This document shows, in pieces, positions 28,539-38,639 of a stretch of DNA of 64,000 nucleotides. The notes beneath the pieces are model-generated. The model saw only the letters and a list, made by a program, of their open reading frames with translations. It had not been told where the DNA came from and made no database searches. The stretch's first letter is position 1. Each line of letters starts with the position of its first letter. The position numbers and the translations under genes were made by a program. Source of the DNA: Halorussus marinus (GTDB taxonomy: Archaea; Halobacteriota; Halobacteria; Halobacteriales; Haladaptataceae); contig NZ_SBIV01000009.1 of assembly GCF_004765795.1 (NCBI RefSeq), positions 1-64,000 of the forward strand, written 5' to 3'.

Positions 28539-28691
28539 TACAGTTCGTACTACACCGTCAAGCCCCTTATACGTTCCTAATTCGGAAAACAATCTTTCGG
28601 GTTGTCTAAAACTCGTTTTCGTTCGGAGAACCGCGCGACGGTCTCGGACGGCTCACGACCGGGCGAAGGCCCCGGCGTCCGGTCCGGTTGA

Positions 28692-31226
28692 TCAGTCGCT
28701 CGGCGTGCCACCGGGCGAATCGGCCTCGACGAGCGAACTCGCCCCGACGCGACGGGCCCAGATCAGCAGCATGCTCGGGAACACGAACACGCTCACGACG
28801 AACGACAGCGAGAGCCCGAGCACGACGAGCATCCCGAAGGCCCGGATCTGGGGACTGACGTGAAGCAGTAGCGTCCCGAACGCGCCCCCGGAGGTGAGCG
28901 TGCTCCCGAGCAGGGCGCCGCCCGTGCCGGTGACCGCGTTCCTGAGCGCGGCGACCGGCGCGTGGCCCCGATCGAGCTCCTGCGCGAAGCGGTCGCTGAC
29001 GTGGATGTTGTAGTCGACCCCGAGCCCGACGATCAGGCTCATCAGCAGGGCGGTCACGAACGTCACCGGCGTGCCAGACAGATACATCCCGCCGAGCACC
29101 AGCCCGATGACGAGTCCGATCGGGACGACCGTGAGCGCCCCGAGGGTCGCGCTCCCCTCGGTGAGCCGGTAGCTGATCGCGAGCACGATCCCGATGACCC
29201 CGAGCGCGAGCAACATCGTCCGGACGATGCCGTCGGCCATCTGGCCGAGTTCGGCGTTCGCGAACGTCGCCTGTCCGACCGGGGTCGCGGTCAGCGCCTC
29301 GCCGGCCTCGACGGTGGCCGCGATCCCGTGCATCGCCTCTGCGCGATCGTCGACCTCGAGGCCCTGCTCGACCGGCACGAGCACTCGGAGCGAACGGAAC
29401 TCCCCGCCGCGCCGTTCGAGCACCTGACTCGCGCGCTCGGGGGCGGCGTCGTACAGCGCGGCGTACACTGCCTCCACGTCTCGCTCGGGCACGCCGTCGC
29501 CGTCGGTGTCGGCCGCCCGGAGCGTCTCGGCGAACTCGCGGTCGGTCGCCGCGACCGACCGCATGACCGACAGCGGCGAGACCACCGCGGCGCCCCCGCC
29601 GCGTTCGAACACCGCGTCCCGACCGTTCGCGTCTTCGACCCCGGCGGCGACCCGGTCGAGCGCCGCGGGGTCGGTCACCTCGCCCTCGACCAGTATCATG
29701 GTCATCCGGCGATTCCGGTCGGCCGACTGGTAGGCGTCCTCGACGTACTGCTGATGGCGGTAGTACGGGTCGTCGGTGGCCTCCCACGCGAGAGGCCCCG
29801 GGAGCTCGGTCTTCCACTCGGCGACGTCGCTCGACGTCTGGTAGGCCTGCCGGTCGATGTCGGTCCACGCGACCGCGCCGCCGGCGCCCGCGACGACCGC
29901 GAGCACGATCACGACCGGCGCCGCCTTCCGGGCGGCCGCGACGCCGGCGCCCAACACCGGTCGCAGGTACCGGCCCTTACCGAGCGCGGGCTTGCGCCGG
30001 TCGAAGCCGACCCGTTCGAGGAGTCCGTCGACGCTCACCTTCAGCGCGGGCACGAGCGTCGTGAACACCACGAGCGCGGAGACGACCCCGAGCGTGATCC
30101 CGACCCCGAGCTGTCTGATGACCCCCATCGGGCTGGTGATGTTCGCGAGGAAGCCGACCCCCGCGGTCACCGTCACCAGCACGAACGCGACCCCCACCGA
30201 CGACAGCGCCCGACCCATCGGGCGTCGAACGCCCTCGTCGGCGCCGCGCTGTTCGCGGTAGCGCATGAAGACGTGCAGCCCGTAATCGATGCTCAGTCCC
30301 GTGATCAACACCGGGCCGATGATCGCGGTCATCCCGGCGGGGATCGACAGCCAGCCGAGGATTCCGAACATCCACAGGACCGACACCACCACGCCGACGA
30401 AGCCCACGACCACGTCCGCGAGGTCACGGTAGGCGAACCCGAGGACCGCGAGGATGAAAAGCAACGCCGCCGGGAGGATCAGCTCCGCGGTGTCGGCGTT
30501 CTGTTGGCGGTAGTAGGAGGCCGCGGCGTGATCGCCCGTGGTGAAGTAACCGGCTTCCGAGCGCTCCTGGGCGGCCTCGTACAGCGCCCGCTGAGCGTCG
30601 GCGGGCGGAGCCGGCGCCCGGTTTGTGGCGCCGTCGGCCGTCTCGAACTCGAAGACCATCCGGCGGCTCTCCGCGCTCGCGGTTCCGGGCTCGTAGCTGT
30701 CGGGCACGAGTTGGAGCGCCGCCGAGCCCTCGGCGAGCGAGTCGGCGACGAGCTGTCGGACCTCGCGGTCGCTCAGCCCGTCGAGCGCCCGGATCTGTGC
30801 GTCGAGCCCGGCACTCGGGTCGCCGGCCGCCCGCTTGCCGACGACGTTCGAGACGCCGAGGACGCCGTCGCCGGCGAGCGCGCCCGCGACCGACTCGTTG
30901 TCCCGCACCGCCCGCTGGTAGCGCAACGATGCGACCAGCGAGTCCTTCGAGAGGACGTTGCCGCCGTCGGTCCGGACGTAGACCGAGGACCTCGTGGTGT
31001 TTGCGGTCCGGTTCTCCTCGCCGCCGTAGTGGCGGCTCATGTAGTCGGCTTTCTGTGCGACCTGCGTGTCGCCGAACGCGTCGCTGTCGGTCTGGGCCGA
31101 CCCCTGCATCTGGAGCTGGGTGATCCCGCCCGCGACGCCGGCGGTCAACAGCAACATCACGACGAGGACCGCGCGGTTGCGGTCGGTCACGACGTCGACG
31201 AGTCGATTCAGCGTGTCTCGTATCAT
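28692..31226 (-). CDS. MMPL/RND-superfamily transporter
   Basis: Two repeats with GLSIDYGLH and GLGVDYNIH; about 12 TM segments. Confidence 0.92.
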   Translation of the reverse strand: MIRDTLNRLVDVVTDRNRAVLVVMLLLTAGVAGGITQLQMQGSAQTDSDAFGDTQVAQKADYMSRHYGGEENRTANTTRSSVYVRTDGGNVLSKDSLVASLRYQRAVRDNESVAGALAGDGVLGVSNVVGKRAAGDPSAGLDAQIRALDGLSDREVRQLVADSLAEGSAALQLVPDSYEPGTASAESRRMVFEFETADGATNRAPAPPADAQRALYEAAQERSEAGYFTTGDHAAASYYRQQNADTAELILPAALLFILAVLGFAYRDLADVVVGFVGVVVSVLWMFGILGWLSIPAGMTAIIGPVLITGLSIDYGLHVFMRYREQRGADEGVRRPMGRALSSVGVAFVLVTVTAGVGFLANITSPMGVIRQLGVGITLGVVSALVVFTTLVPALKVSVDGLLERVGFDRRKPALGKGRYLRPVLGAGVAAARKAAPVVIVLAVVAGAGGAVAWTDIDRQAYQTSSDVAEWKTELPGPLAWEATDDPYYRHQQYVEDAYQSADRNRRMTMILVEGEVTDPAALDRVAAGVEDANGRDAVFERGGGAAVVSPLSVMRSVAATDREFAETLRAADTDGDGVPERDVEAVYAALYDAAPERASQVLERRGGEFRSLRVLVPVEQGLEVDDRAEAMHGIAATVEAGEALTATPVGQATFANAELGQMADGIVRTMLLALGVIGIVLAISYRLTEGSATLGALTVVPIGLVIGLVLGGMYLSGTPVTFVTALLMSLIVGLGVDYNIHVSDRFAQELDRGHAPVAALRNAVTGTGGALLGSTLTSGGAFGTLLLHVSPQIRAFGMLVVLGLSLSFVVSVFVFPSMLLIWARRVGASSLVEADSPGGTPSD

Positions 31227-31400
31227 CGGACACGCGGACCGACGACACGGTACTCAAAAAAGCCGGAACCACAGTTTCAGACTCAGCAACTGCGGGCCGC
31301 CCGGTTCGATCGGGGTCGAGGCGCGCGATCCAACCGTGAGTCAAACGCGCGTTTCACCTTACGGAGCGTATTAGGCCACAGCCGGCGTCTATCGACATGT

Positions 31401-32171
31401 ATGTCGACGAAACGAACCGTCATCTCGGTTTTCGCGGCCGTCCTCCTGACCGCGGGCTGTCTCGGCGCCGCCGCCCCGCTCGGCGGTGCGGACTCGCCCG
31501 CCCCGAACTCGACCGCCCCGCCGACCAATCAGACCGGCGCCGACGCCACGGTCAGGGTCGGCGCGTCCGGCGAAGCGACCGCCGATCCCGACCGCGCGGT
31601 CGCGGCCGTCGGCGTCGAAGCGACCGCGGCCGACGCCGAGACCGCCCGCCAGCGGGTCGCCGAGAACGTCTCGACGCTCCGGGACGCGCTCGCGGCCGCC
31701 GGGATCGAAGACGATCAGGTGACGACCCGCCACTACGCGATCCGACAGGTCCACGAGTCGGAGCGCTCGGAGTCGACGCCCACGCGCTACGAGGCCGTCC
31801 ACTCGTTCGAAGTGCGCATCTCGGACGTCGACGCGGTCGGGTCGGTCATCGAGACGGCGGTCGACAACGGCGCGACGAACGTCGGTCGCGTCGAGTTCAC
31901 CCTCTCCGAGGAGACCCGCACCGACCTCCGCGAGGAGGCGCTGGCCGCCGCGATGGACAGCGCTCGGGGCGACGCCGAGACCCTCGCGTCGAACGCGAAT
32001 CTCAGCCTCGCCGGCGTCACGTCGGTCTCGACATCCGACGTGCGCGTCCAGCCCTACCGCGCGGAGGCCGAGATGGCCGCCGACGGCGCGGCGACGAGCA
32101 TCGAGTCGGGCCCCGTCTCGGTCCACGCGCAGGTGCAGGTCGCCTACGCGGCGACCGAAGCGTCCGAGTGA
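31401..32171 (+). CDS. SIMPL (DUF541) domain lipoprotein
   Basis: LTAGC lipobox; GEATADPDRA, AVDNGATNV, GPVSVHAQVQVAY. Confidence 0.87.
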   Translation: MSTKRTVISVFAAVLLTAGCLGAAAPLGGADSPAPNSTAPPTNQTGADATVRVGASGEATADPDRAVAAVGVEATAADAETARQRVAENVSTLRDALAAAGIEDDQVTTRHYAIRQVHESERSESTPTRYEAVHSFEVRISDVDAVGSVIETAVDNGATNVGRVEFTLSEETRTDLREEALAAAMDSARGDAETLASNANLSLAGVTSVSTSDVRVQPYRAEAEMAADGAATSIESGPVSVHAQVQVAYAATEASE

Positions 32172-32192
32172 CGACCGCGGGGCGGGGTCGGA

Positions 32193-33896
32193 CTACCGGT
32201 CGACCGACCCGAGCACGATGTCGAGACTCCCCAGCGACGCCACCAGATCGGGGACGTACTCGCCCTCCGACATCGCCTCCAGCGCGTGGAGGTTGTTGAA
32301 ACACGGGCTTCGGATCTTGAACCGGGCGGGCTGGGAGGTGCCGTCCGACCGGATGTAGATGCCCATCTCGCCCTTCGCGGCCTCGACCGCCCGGTAGATC
32401 TCGGTGTCGGGGTCGGGCTTGATCGTCCGGGGGACGTTCGACTGGATCGTCCGCTCGTCCTCGGGCCAGTCTTCGAGCAGGTCGAGACACTGCCGGATGA
32501 TCTTCGCGGACTCCTCGACCTCCTGTAGTCGGACCAGCACGCGGGCGTAGTTGTCGCCGTGGGGCTCGGTCACGACGTTCCAGTCGAGCTCGTCGTAGTA
32601 GCCGTAGGGGTCGTCTCGCCGGAGGTCGTAGTCGACGCCCGATCCGCGGGCGACCGGCCCGGTACAGCCGTAGGCCTTGGCGGTCTCGGCGTCGATGACG
32701 CCGGTGTCGACCGTCCGCTTCTGGAAGATCTCGTTTCGAGTCATCATGTCGTGGTACTCCTCGACGTGCTCGGGCAGTTCGTCGAGGAAGTCCCGGACCT
32801 TGGCGAACCACTCCTCGCGTGGCTCGGGGATGTCCCAGACGACCCCGCCGAGCCGGAAGTAGTTGAACATCATCCGCTGGCCCGTGAGGTCTTCGAGGAT
32901 GTTCTGGACGATCTCCCGGTCCCGGATCGCGTACATGAAGATGGCGGTGAAGTCGCCGTACACGTCGAGCGCGAACGTCCCGGCCGCGATCATGTGGCCC
33001 ATGATGCGACCGAACTCCACCGCCATGGTCCGGAGGACTTGGGCGTACTCCGGGACGTCGATGTCCGCGAGGTCCTCCGCGACGCGCGCGTAGGCCCACT
33101 CGTTCGGGATGTTCGCGGTGTAGTCCCACCGGTCGGGGTAGGGCATGATCTGGTACCGGTAGTTTTTGGTCTGACACATCTGCTCTTCACACCGGTGGAG
33201 GTAACCGATGTCTGGGTCGACGTCGGCGACCTGCTCGCCGTCCAGCACCGTCTTGAGGTGGAGCACGCCGTGGGTCGCCGGGTGGTGGGGCCCGATGTTG
33301 AGAAACATCGTGTCGGAGTCCGACGACCCGTCCGATTCCTCGCCCGAGGCGGTCTCGCGCTTGGTTTCGGCGAGGGGGTTGACGTGCTCTTTCAGCGTCA
33401 CCACCTGCGGCCGGTCCTGATCGTAGTCTTTGCTTAAGGGGTGGCCCTGCCACGTCTCGGGCAGGAGGATGCGCCGGAGATCGGGGTGGCCCTCGTACTC
33501 GATACCGACGAGGTCGTAGGCCTCTCGCTCGTGCCACTCGGCGGTCTTGTACACGCCCGAAGCCGATCGGTGGACCGGGCGCTCGCGACCCACCGGGACG
33601 ACGACGTTGACCTCCTGAGTGGGATCGTCGTACTTCCGGAGGTGATAGATGCTCTCGTAGCGGTCTTCGTACTCTTGAGCCGTGAGACACGAGAGGTGGT
33701 CGAACCCCGCCTCTCGCTTGAGCGCCCCCAGAACGCTCTCGACGTCGTCGGGTCGGATCACGAACGACTCGGCGTTGAGGTGGGTCTCACGCCTCACCAC
33801 CCGGTCGCCGAGCATCGCCTCGATGGCGTCGCAGTCGACGCGTTCGAGTCTCGGTACCTCCGCCGCGCCGGAGTCGGTCTCTGATGGGTCACTCAT
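32193..33896 (-). CDS. nuoCD: NADH dehydrogenase-like complex subunit CD fusion, stand-alone copy
   Basis: EREAYDLVGI..GHPDLRRILLP, NIGPHHPATHGVL, GYLHRCEE, SLDIVLGSVDR. Confidence 0.93.
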   Translation of the reverse strand: MSDPSETDSGAAEVPRLERVDCDAIEAMLGDRVVRRETHLNAESFVIRPDDVESVLGALKREAGFDHLSCLTAQEYEDRYESIYHLRKYDDPTQEVNVVVPVGRERPVHRSASGVYKTAEWHEREAYDLVGIEYEGHPDLRRILLPETWQGHPLSKDYDQDRPQVVTLKEHVNPLAETKRETASGEESDGSSDSDTMFLNIGPHHPATHGVLHLKTVLDGEQVADVDPDIGYLHRCEEQMCQTKNYRYQIMPYPDRWDYTANIPNEWAYARVAEDLADIDVPEYAQVLRTMAVEFGRIMGHMIAAGTFALDVYGDFTAIFMYAIRDREIVQNILEDLTGQRMMFNYFRLGGVVWDIPEPREEWFAKVRDFLDELPEHVEEYHDMMTRNEIFQKRTVDTGVIDAETAKAYGCTGPVARGSGVDYDLRRDDPYGYYDELDWNVVTEPHGDNYARVLVRLQEVEESAKIIRQCLDLLEDWPEDERTIQSNVPRTIKPDPDTEIYRAVEAAKGEMGIYIRSDGTSQPARFKIRSPCFNNLHALEAMSEGEYVPDLVASLGSLDIVLGSVDR

Positions 33897-34053
33897 TGTG
33901 AATCACTGCGGCGGGACGGCCCGCGACCCGGGCGTGGTCGGTCGCGGCGTCGTTCCCACTCCCCGATAGGGCTACCCGGCTGACGCCATTAGGACTACCG
34001 TCTGTCTCCGGTCGGTTCGTCCGCGAAAAATTGTCCGGTTCCGAGTCGCGGGC

Positions 34054-34827
34054 TCAGTACTGCGGTTGCTCGCGACGCTCGTCGCGTCGCCCGCCGCTCT
34101 GAGGTCCCTCCCGGTGGCGCTTTGACTCCCCGCCGTGGCGCTCGCCGGCTTGGTGGCCCTCGCTACGCATCGCGGTCTGCTGGACCGGGCTCAAACTGCC
34201 CTCGGAGCGCCCGCCGTACTGATTCTGCTCGCCGCGGCTCTGTTGGCCGTGCTGAGGCTGTTGACCGTGCTGGCCCTGCTGACTCTGTCGCTCGTGCTGG
34301 GGCTGTTGACCGTGCTGGCCGTGGACGGACTGGCCACGTTCGCCGTGCTGGCCCCTTTGGCCGCCCTGTCGCCCGGTCTGTTGGTGCTCGCCCCGCCGGC
34401 CGGACTGCTGGCCACGCCGTCGGCCGTACCGCCGGCTCCGACCGCCGCCCTGCTGGTGCTGACCTGCCTCGCGGTGCTGGCCGCCCTGCTCGCCCACCTG
34501 CTGGCGGCCGTGTTCGTCGATGTCTCGCCGGCCGCGCTGGTGCTGGCCGGGGTGATGGCCGCCCTGCTGGCCGTGCTGGGACTGTCGCGACTGCTGGCCG
34601 CGCTGGGATTGGTGGTGCTCACCGCGCTGGGACTGCTGGCGGCGACCGCCCTGCTGTTCGTGACCGCGCTGGCGTCGTCCCCGTCCGGTCGACTCGCTTC
34701 GTCGGCTCTCCGTGCTTCGTTTTCGGCCGCCGCCGGAGTACCGGCCACCCTCGTTCTGTCGGTTCCCCCGGTCGCGACGGTTCTGTTCGCCGGTCGTTCC
34801 CCGCTGATTCTGATTCTGTCGTGCCAT
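34054..34827 (-). CDS. Gln/Gly/Arg/His-rich low-complexity protein (257 aa)
   Basis: ATG 34827 preceded by GGAGGT; repeated QHGQQ/GQHGQ units. Confidence 0.65.
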   Translation of the reverse strand: MARQNQNQRGTTGEQNRRDRGNRQNEGGRYSGGGRKRSTESRRSESTGRGRRQRGHEQQGGRRQQSQRGEHHQSQRGQQSRQSQHGQQGGHHPGQHQRGRRDIDEHGRQQVGEQGGQHREAGQHQQGGGRSRRYGRRRGQQSGRRGEHQQTGRQGGQRGQHGERGQSVHGQHGQQPQHERQSQQGQHGQQPQHGQQSRGEQNQYGGRSEGSLSPVQQTAMRSEGHQAGERHGGESKRHREGPQSGGRRDERREQPQY

Positions 34828-34966
34828 CGTTCGGACCTCCGTCGGGAGGGTCGCCACGATTTTGCTTATGTGTAGTGGGCGGAGGCTGACAACACGCGCC
34901 ACGGGCGTCGGGTCCCGACCGTCGCAGGTGGGCACTCTTAAGACGCGGCGCACACACCTCTCGGAC

Positions 34967-36040
34967 ATGGAACCACGGGATCTCTCTTCGCACACCGTGT
35001 ATCAGGCCGGACGGGGCGTCGAGGAGGTGGCCCGCGAACTCGGGCTCGACCCCGACGACCTGGTGAAACTCGCGTCGAACGAGAACCCCTTCGGCCCGAG
35101 CCCGGCCGCCGTGGAGGCGATCAAGGCGGCGGCCGAGTCGGCCAACTCCTACCCGAAGGCCTCCCACGCCGACCTGACCGAGAAGCTCGCCGACGAGTGG
35201 GGCGTCGCTCCGAGCCAGATCTGGCTCGGCAACGGCGGCGACGGGGTGCTCGATTACCTCGCGCGCGCGGCGCTCGACCCCGGCGACAGAGTGCTGGTCC
35301 CCGAGCCCGGGTTCGCCTACTACGCGATGAGCGCGCGCTTTCACCACGGCGAAGTCGCCGAGTACCGCCTCTCGAAGGCCGACGACTTCGCGCTCGACGC
35401 CGAGACGGTCCTCGGCGACTACGACGGCGAGCGCGTCGTCTACCTCACCAGCCCGCACAACCCCACAGGCGGGCGATTCTCGCTCGACGCCGTCGCGACC
35501 ATCGCCGACGAGACCGACGAGGAGACGCTCGTGCTCGTCGACGAAGCTTACGGCGAGTTCGCCGACGGGCCGAGCGCGGTCGAACTCGTCGACGAACGCG
35601 ACGACGTGGCGGTCCTCCGGACGTTCTCGAAGGTGTACGGGCTCGCCGGCGTCCGACTCGGGTACGGCGTCGTCCCCGAGGAGTGGGCCGACGCCTACGC
35701 CCGAGTGAACACGCCGTTCGCCGCCAGCGAGATCGCGTGTCGGGCGGGCCTCGCGGCGCTCGACGACGGCGCCCACGCCGAGAAGACCGTCGAGACCGCG
35801 GCGTGGGCCCGAGAGTACATGTCCGAGACGCTCGACGCGCCGACGTGGGAGAGCCACGGCAACTTCGTGCTCGCGGAGGTCGGGGACGCCGAGGCGGTCG
35901 CCGACGAACTCCAGCGTCGAGGCGTCATCGTCCGCGATTGCAGTAGCTTCGGGCTCCCCGAGTGCGTCCGGATCACCTGCGGCACGAAAGCCGAGACGCG
36001 GCGGGCGGTCGCCGAGTGCAACGAGGTGCTCGCGGAGTGA
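34967..36040 (+). CDS. hisC: Histidinol-phosphate aminotransferase
   Basis: KLASNENP, PHNPTG, DEAYGEF, RTFSKVYGLAGVRLGY. Confidence 0.96.
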   Translation: MEPRDLSSHTVYQAGRGVEEVARELGLDPDDLVKLASNENPFGPSPAAVEAIKAAAESANSYPKASHADLTEKLADEWGVAPSQIWLGNGGDGVLDYLARAALDPGDRVLVPEPGFAYYAMSARFHHGEVAEYRLSKADDFALDAETVLGDYDGERVVYLTSPHNPTGGRFSLDAVATIADETDEETLVLVDEAYGEFADGPSAVELVDERDDVAVLRTFSKVYGLAGVRLGYGVVPEEWADAYARVNTPFAASEIACRAGLAALDDGAHAEKTVETAAWAREYMSETLDAPTWESHGNFVLAEVGDAEAVADELQRRGVIVRDCSSFGLPECVRITCGTKAETRRAVAECNEVLAE

Positions 36041-36543
36041 GCGTCGCGGTCACAGGCACCCCCGGCACCGGGAAGACCTCCGCGGTCGAGGCCCTCGACA
36101 CCGACCTCGACGTGGTCCACCTCAACGAACTGATCCGCGAGGCCGACCTCTGGACCGAGCGCGACGCCGATCGCGACAGCCTCGTCGCCGACCTCGACGC
36201 GGTTCGCGAGCGCCTCGCCGGTCGCGAGGAGCTCCTCGTGGAGTCGCACCTCGCGCACAATCTGGACGTCGACCGGGTCGTCGTCCTCCGGTGTCACCCC
36301 GAGGAGCTACGACGGCGCCTCACAGAGCGGGGCGAAGCCGACGAGAAAGCCGCCGAAAACGCAGAGAGCGAGGCGCTCGACGTGATCCTCTCGGAGGCCG
36401 TGGCCGAGCACGGCATCGAGAACGTCTACGAGATCGAGACCACCGACCGGACGCCCGAGGAGGTCGCCGGGGAGATCGCGGCGGTGCTGGCGGGCGAACG
36501 CGAACCGAGCGCCGGCGAGGTCGACTACCTCGAATACCTATGA
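36037..36543 (+). CDS. Adenylate kinase (AK6/Fap7-type)
   Basis: GTPGTGKT P-loop, VESH, LRCHPEEL. Confidence 0.9.
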   Translation: MSVAVTGTPGTGKTSAVEALDTDLDVVHLNELIREADLWTERDADRDSLVADLDAVRERLAGREELLVESHLAHNLDVDRVVVLRCHPEELRRRLTERGEADEKAAENAESEALDVILSEAVAEHGIENVYEIETTDRTPEEVAGEIAAVLAGEREPSAGEVDYLEYL

Positions 36544-37148
36544 CTCTCGACCAGCTCCGACCGGTCGCCGACCGACTGCTCGGGCCGTTCGTCTCGCTGT
36601 CGACCCGGCTCGGGCTGACCCCCGACGCGATCAGCGTGGTGGCGTTCGCGCTGGCGGCCGCGGCGGGCGCGACCTTCTACCGCGGCGGCGCCGAGCCGGC
36701 GTGGTACCTCCTCGGCGCGGTGCTCGTGTTCCTCAACGGCTGGCTCGACCTGCTCGACGGCGCGCTGGCCCGCGAACTCGGCACCGACTCGGTGGCGGGC
36801 GACATGCTCGATCACGTCCTCGACCGCTACGCGGATATCGTCATCATCGCCGGGCTGGCCGCCGGCGTCGACCGATACGCGCTCGGCCTCGCCGCGGTGA
36901 CGGGCGTCCTGATGACCTCCTATCTCGGCACGCAGGCGCAGGCGGTCGGGCTCGATCGGGTGTACGGCGGACTGCTCGGTCGGGCCGATCGGCTCGCGCT
37001 CGTCGGCGCTACCGGCGCGCTCGCGGCGTTCGTGACCGCGACGCCCGGCGGCGTGTCGCTGGTCGGCTGGCTACTGGTCGTGTTCGCGGTCGTGGGTCAC
37101 TTCACGGCGCTCCAGCGGTTCTACTACTCGTGGCGGGCGCTCGCCTGA
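36540..37148 (+). CDS. CDP-alcohol phosphatidyltransferase
   Basis: DLLDGALAR...GDMLDHVLDRYAD signature. Confidence 0.93.
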   Translation: MTLDQLRPVADRLLGPFVSLSTRLGLTPDAISVVAFALAAAAGATFYRGGAEPAWYLLGAVLVFLNGWLDLLDGALARELGTDSVAGDMLDHVLDRYADIVIIAGLAAGVDRYALGLAAVTGVLMTSYLGTQAQAVGLDRVYGGLLGRADRLALVGATGALAAFVTATPGGVSLVGWLLVVFAVVGHFTALQRFYYSWRALA

Positions 37149-37220
37149 CCGGCCGAACACGCCGCCGGCGTCGCCGCCCGCAGCGTGGAATTTAAGAGCG
37201 CACGCGAACTACCTCCGGGC

Positions 37221-37745
37221 ATGGTTCAGTGTGAGATGTGTGGTGCCGAGACGGGCTCGCCGAAGACCATCAAGGTCGAGGGGGCCGAGTTGGACGTTTG
37301 CGACAACTGCTCGGACTTCGGGACCGAGGTGAAGACCCAGCAGGACACCGGCTCCACGTCGACGAAGTACTCGACGTCCTCGTCGTCCTCGGGCGGCTCG
37401 TCGTCGCCGAGTACTTCGTCGAGTTCGTCGCGGTCGCGGCGCTCGGACATGTTCGACGACATGGACGAGATCGCCCAGGACTACGACGAGCGCGTCCGGA
37501 ACGCCCGCGAGACCGCGGGCCTGAGTCAGGAGGATCTCGCCAACGACCTCAACGAGAAGGCCAGCCTCATCCGGAAGATCGAGCGCGGCGACATGCTCCC
37601 CAGCGACGAGGTCCAGGAGAAGCTCGAATCCGAACTCGACATCAGCCTCACCGCCGGCGCCTCCCCCGACGAGGACGAAGACTGGGACGGCGGCAGTTCG
37701 ACCGGCGAGTACACCCTCGGCGACGTCGTGAAGCGGAAGGACTAG
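37221..37745 (+). CDS. mbf1: Archaeal multiprotein bridging factor 1
   Basis: CEMCG...CDNC zinc ribbon, HTH (GLSQEDLA..IRKIERG), TLGDVV. Confidence 0.93.
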   Translation: MVQCEMCGAETGSPKTIKVEGAELDVCDNCSDFGTEVKTQQDTGSTSTKYSTSSSSSGGSSSPSTSSSSSRSRRSDMFDDMDEIAQDYDERVRNARETAGLSQEDLANDLNEKASLIRKIERGDMLPSDEVQEKLESELDISLTAGASPDEDEDWDGGSSTGEYTLGDVVKRKD

Positions 37746-37750
37746 GCCAC

Positions 37751-37868
37751 GAGCTTTTCTTCGGGCGCGCCGAAAGACGCGGCGCGCCCTTGCAAAAGCT
37801 CGATCAAAACCACTGCGGGCCTCCCGCTGGTCGGCCCTCGGACCGCTCGCTCACTGCGTTCGCTCGCG
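37751..37868. repeat. Palindromic intergenic element (REP/MITE-like)
   Basis: GAGCTTTT..GGGCGCGCCG-loop-CGGCGCGCCC..AAAAGCTC hairpin, then CGCTCGCTCACTGCGTTCGCTCGCG. Confidence 0.5.
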
Positions 37869-37994
37869 GAACTACTGGTACTCTCTTTGTGGACTGTTGG
37901 GGTTCGCTCGTTCGGCTTTGGTTCTGCGGTCGCACCCGATCGGCTCTCTTCGTTCTCGCAACCTATTAGTCGCGGCCCGGCGGACACTTCGGGT

Positions 37995-38639
37995 ATGCAA
38001 ATCGTCGTCAATCTCAAGGCGTACCCCTGCGACCCGGTCGAGATCGCGACCGCCGCCCGCGACGCGAGCGAGGCGGCCGGCGTCCCGATCGCCGTCGCGC
38101 CACAGGCCGCCCACATCGAACGCGTCGCCGAGACGGGCGTCGAGACGTGGGCCCAGCACGTCAGCGGCGTCGAGCACGGCAGTCACACCGGCTCGACGCT
38201 GGCGGAGGCCGCCGCCGAGGCGGGAGCGACCGCCACGCTTCTCAACCACTCCGAGCGCCGGCTGACGCTCGCGGACATCGACGACGCGCTGTCGGCGGCC
38301 GACCGCGCGGGCCTCGAGACCTGCGTCTGTGCGAACAACCCGGCCCAGATCGGCGCGGTCGCCGCGCTCGGCCCCGACGCGGTCGCGGTCGAGCCTCCCG
38401 AGCTCATCGGCTCAGGCACGCCGGTCAGTCAGGCCGACCCCGACGTGGTGACCGACGCGGTGGCGGCCGCCGAGGCGGTCGACGACTCGGTGTCGGTCTA
38501 CTGCGGCGCGGGCATCTCGACCGGCGAGGACCTGGTGGCCGCGGGCGACCTCGGCGCGGAGGGCGTCTTGCTCGCCAGCGGCGTCGCGAAGGCAGACGAC
38601 CCCGAGGCGGCGCTCGAAGAGCTGGTCGCGCCGCTGTAA
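37995..38639 (+). CDS. tpiA: Triosephosphate isomerase (archaeal type)
   Basis: [28 protein letters not shown]. Confidence 0.96.
   Translation: MQIVVNLKAYPCDPVEIATAARDASEAAGVPIAVAPQAAHIERVAETGVETWAQHVSGVEHGSHTGSTLAEAAAEAGATATLLNHSERRLTLADIDDALSAADRAGLETCVCANNPAQIGAVAALGPDAVAVEPPELIGSGTPVSQADPDVVTDAVAAAEAVDDSVSVYCGAGISTGEDLVAAGDLGAEGVLLASGVAKADDPEAALEELVAPL

Noticed and set aside
28962..31400. N-terminal 813 codons of the 1069-aa plus-strand ORF
   Set aside because: Antisense to the MMPL gene; only the part from ATG 31401 (SIMPL lipoprotein) looks real.
34135..34875. Plus-strand 246-aa Leu/Ala-rich ORF that looks like a membrane protein
   Set aside because: Antisense shadow of the Gln-rich gene (CAG read as CTG). 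The minus-strand ORF has the ATG and SD; only expression data could overturn this.
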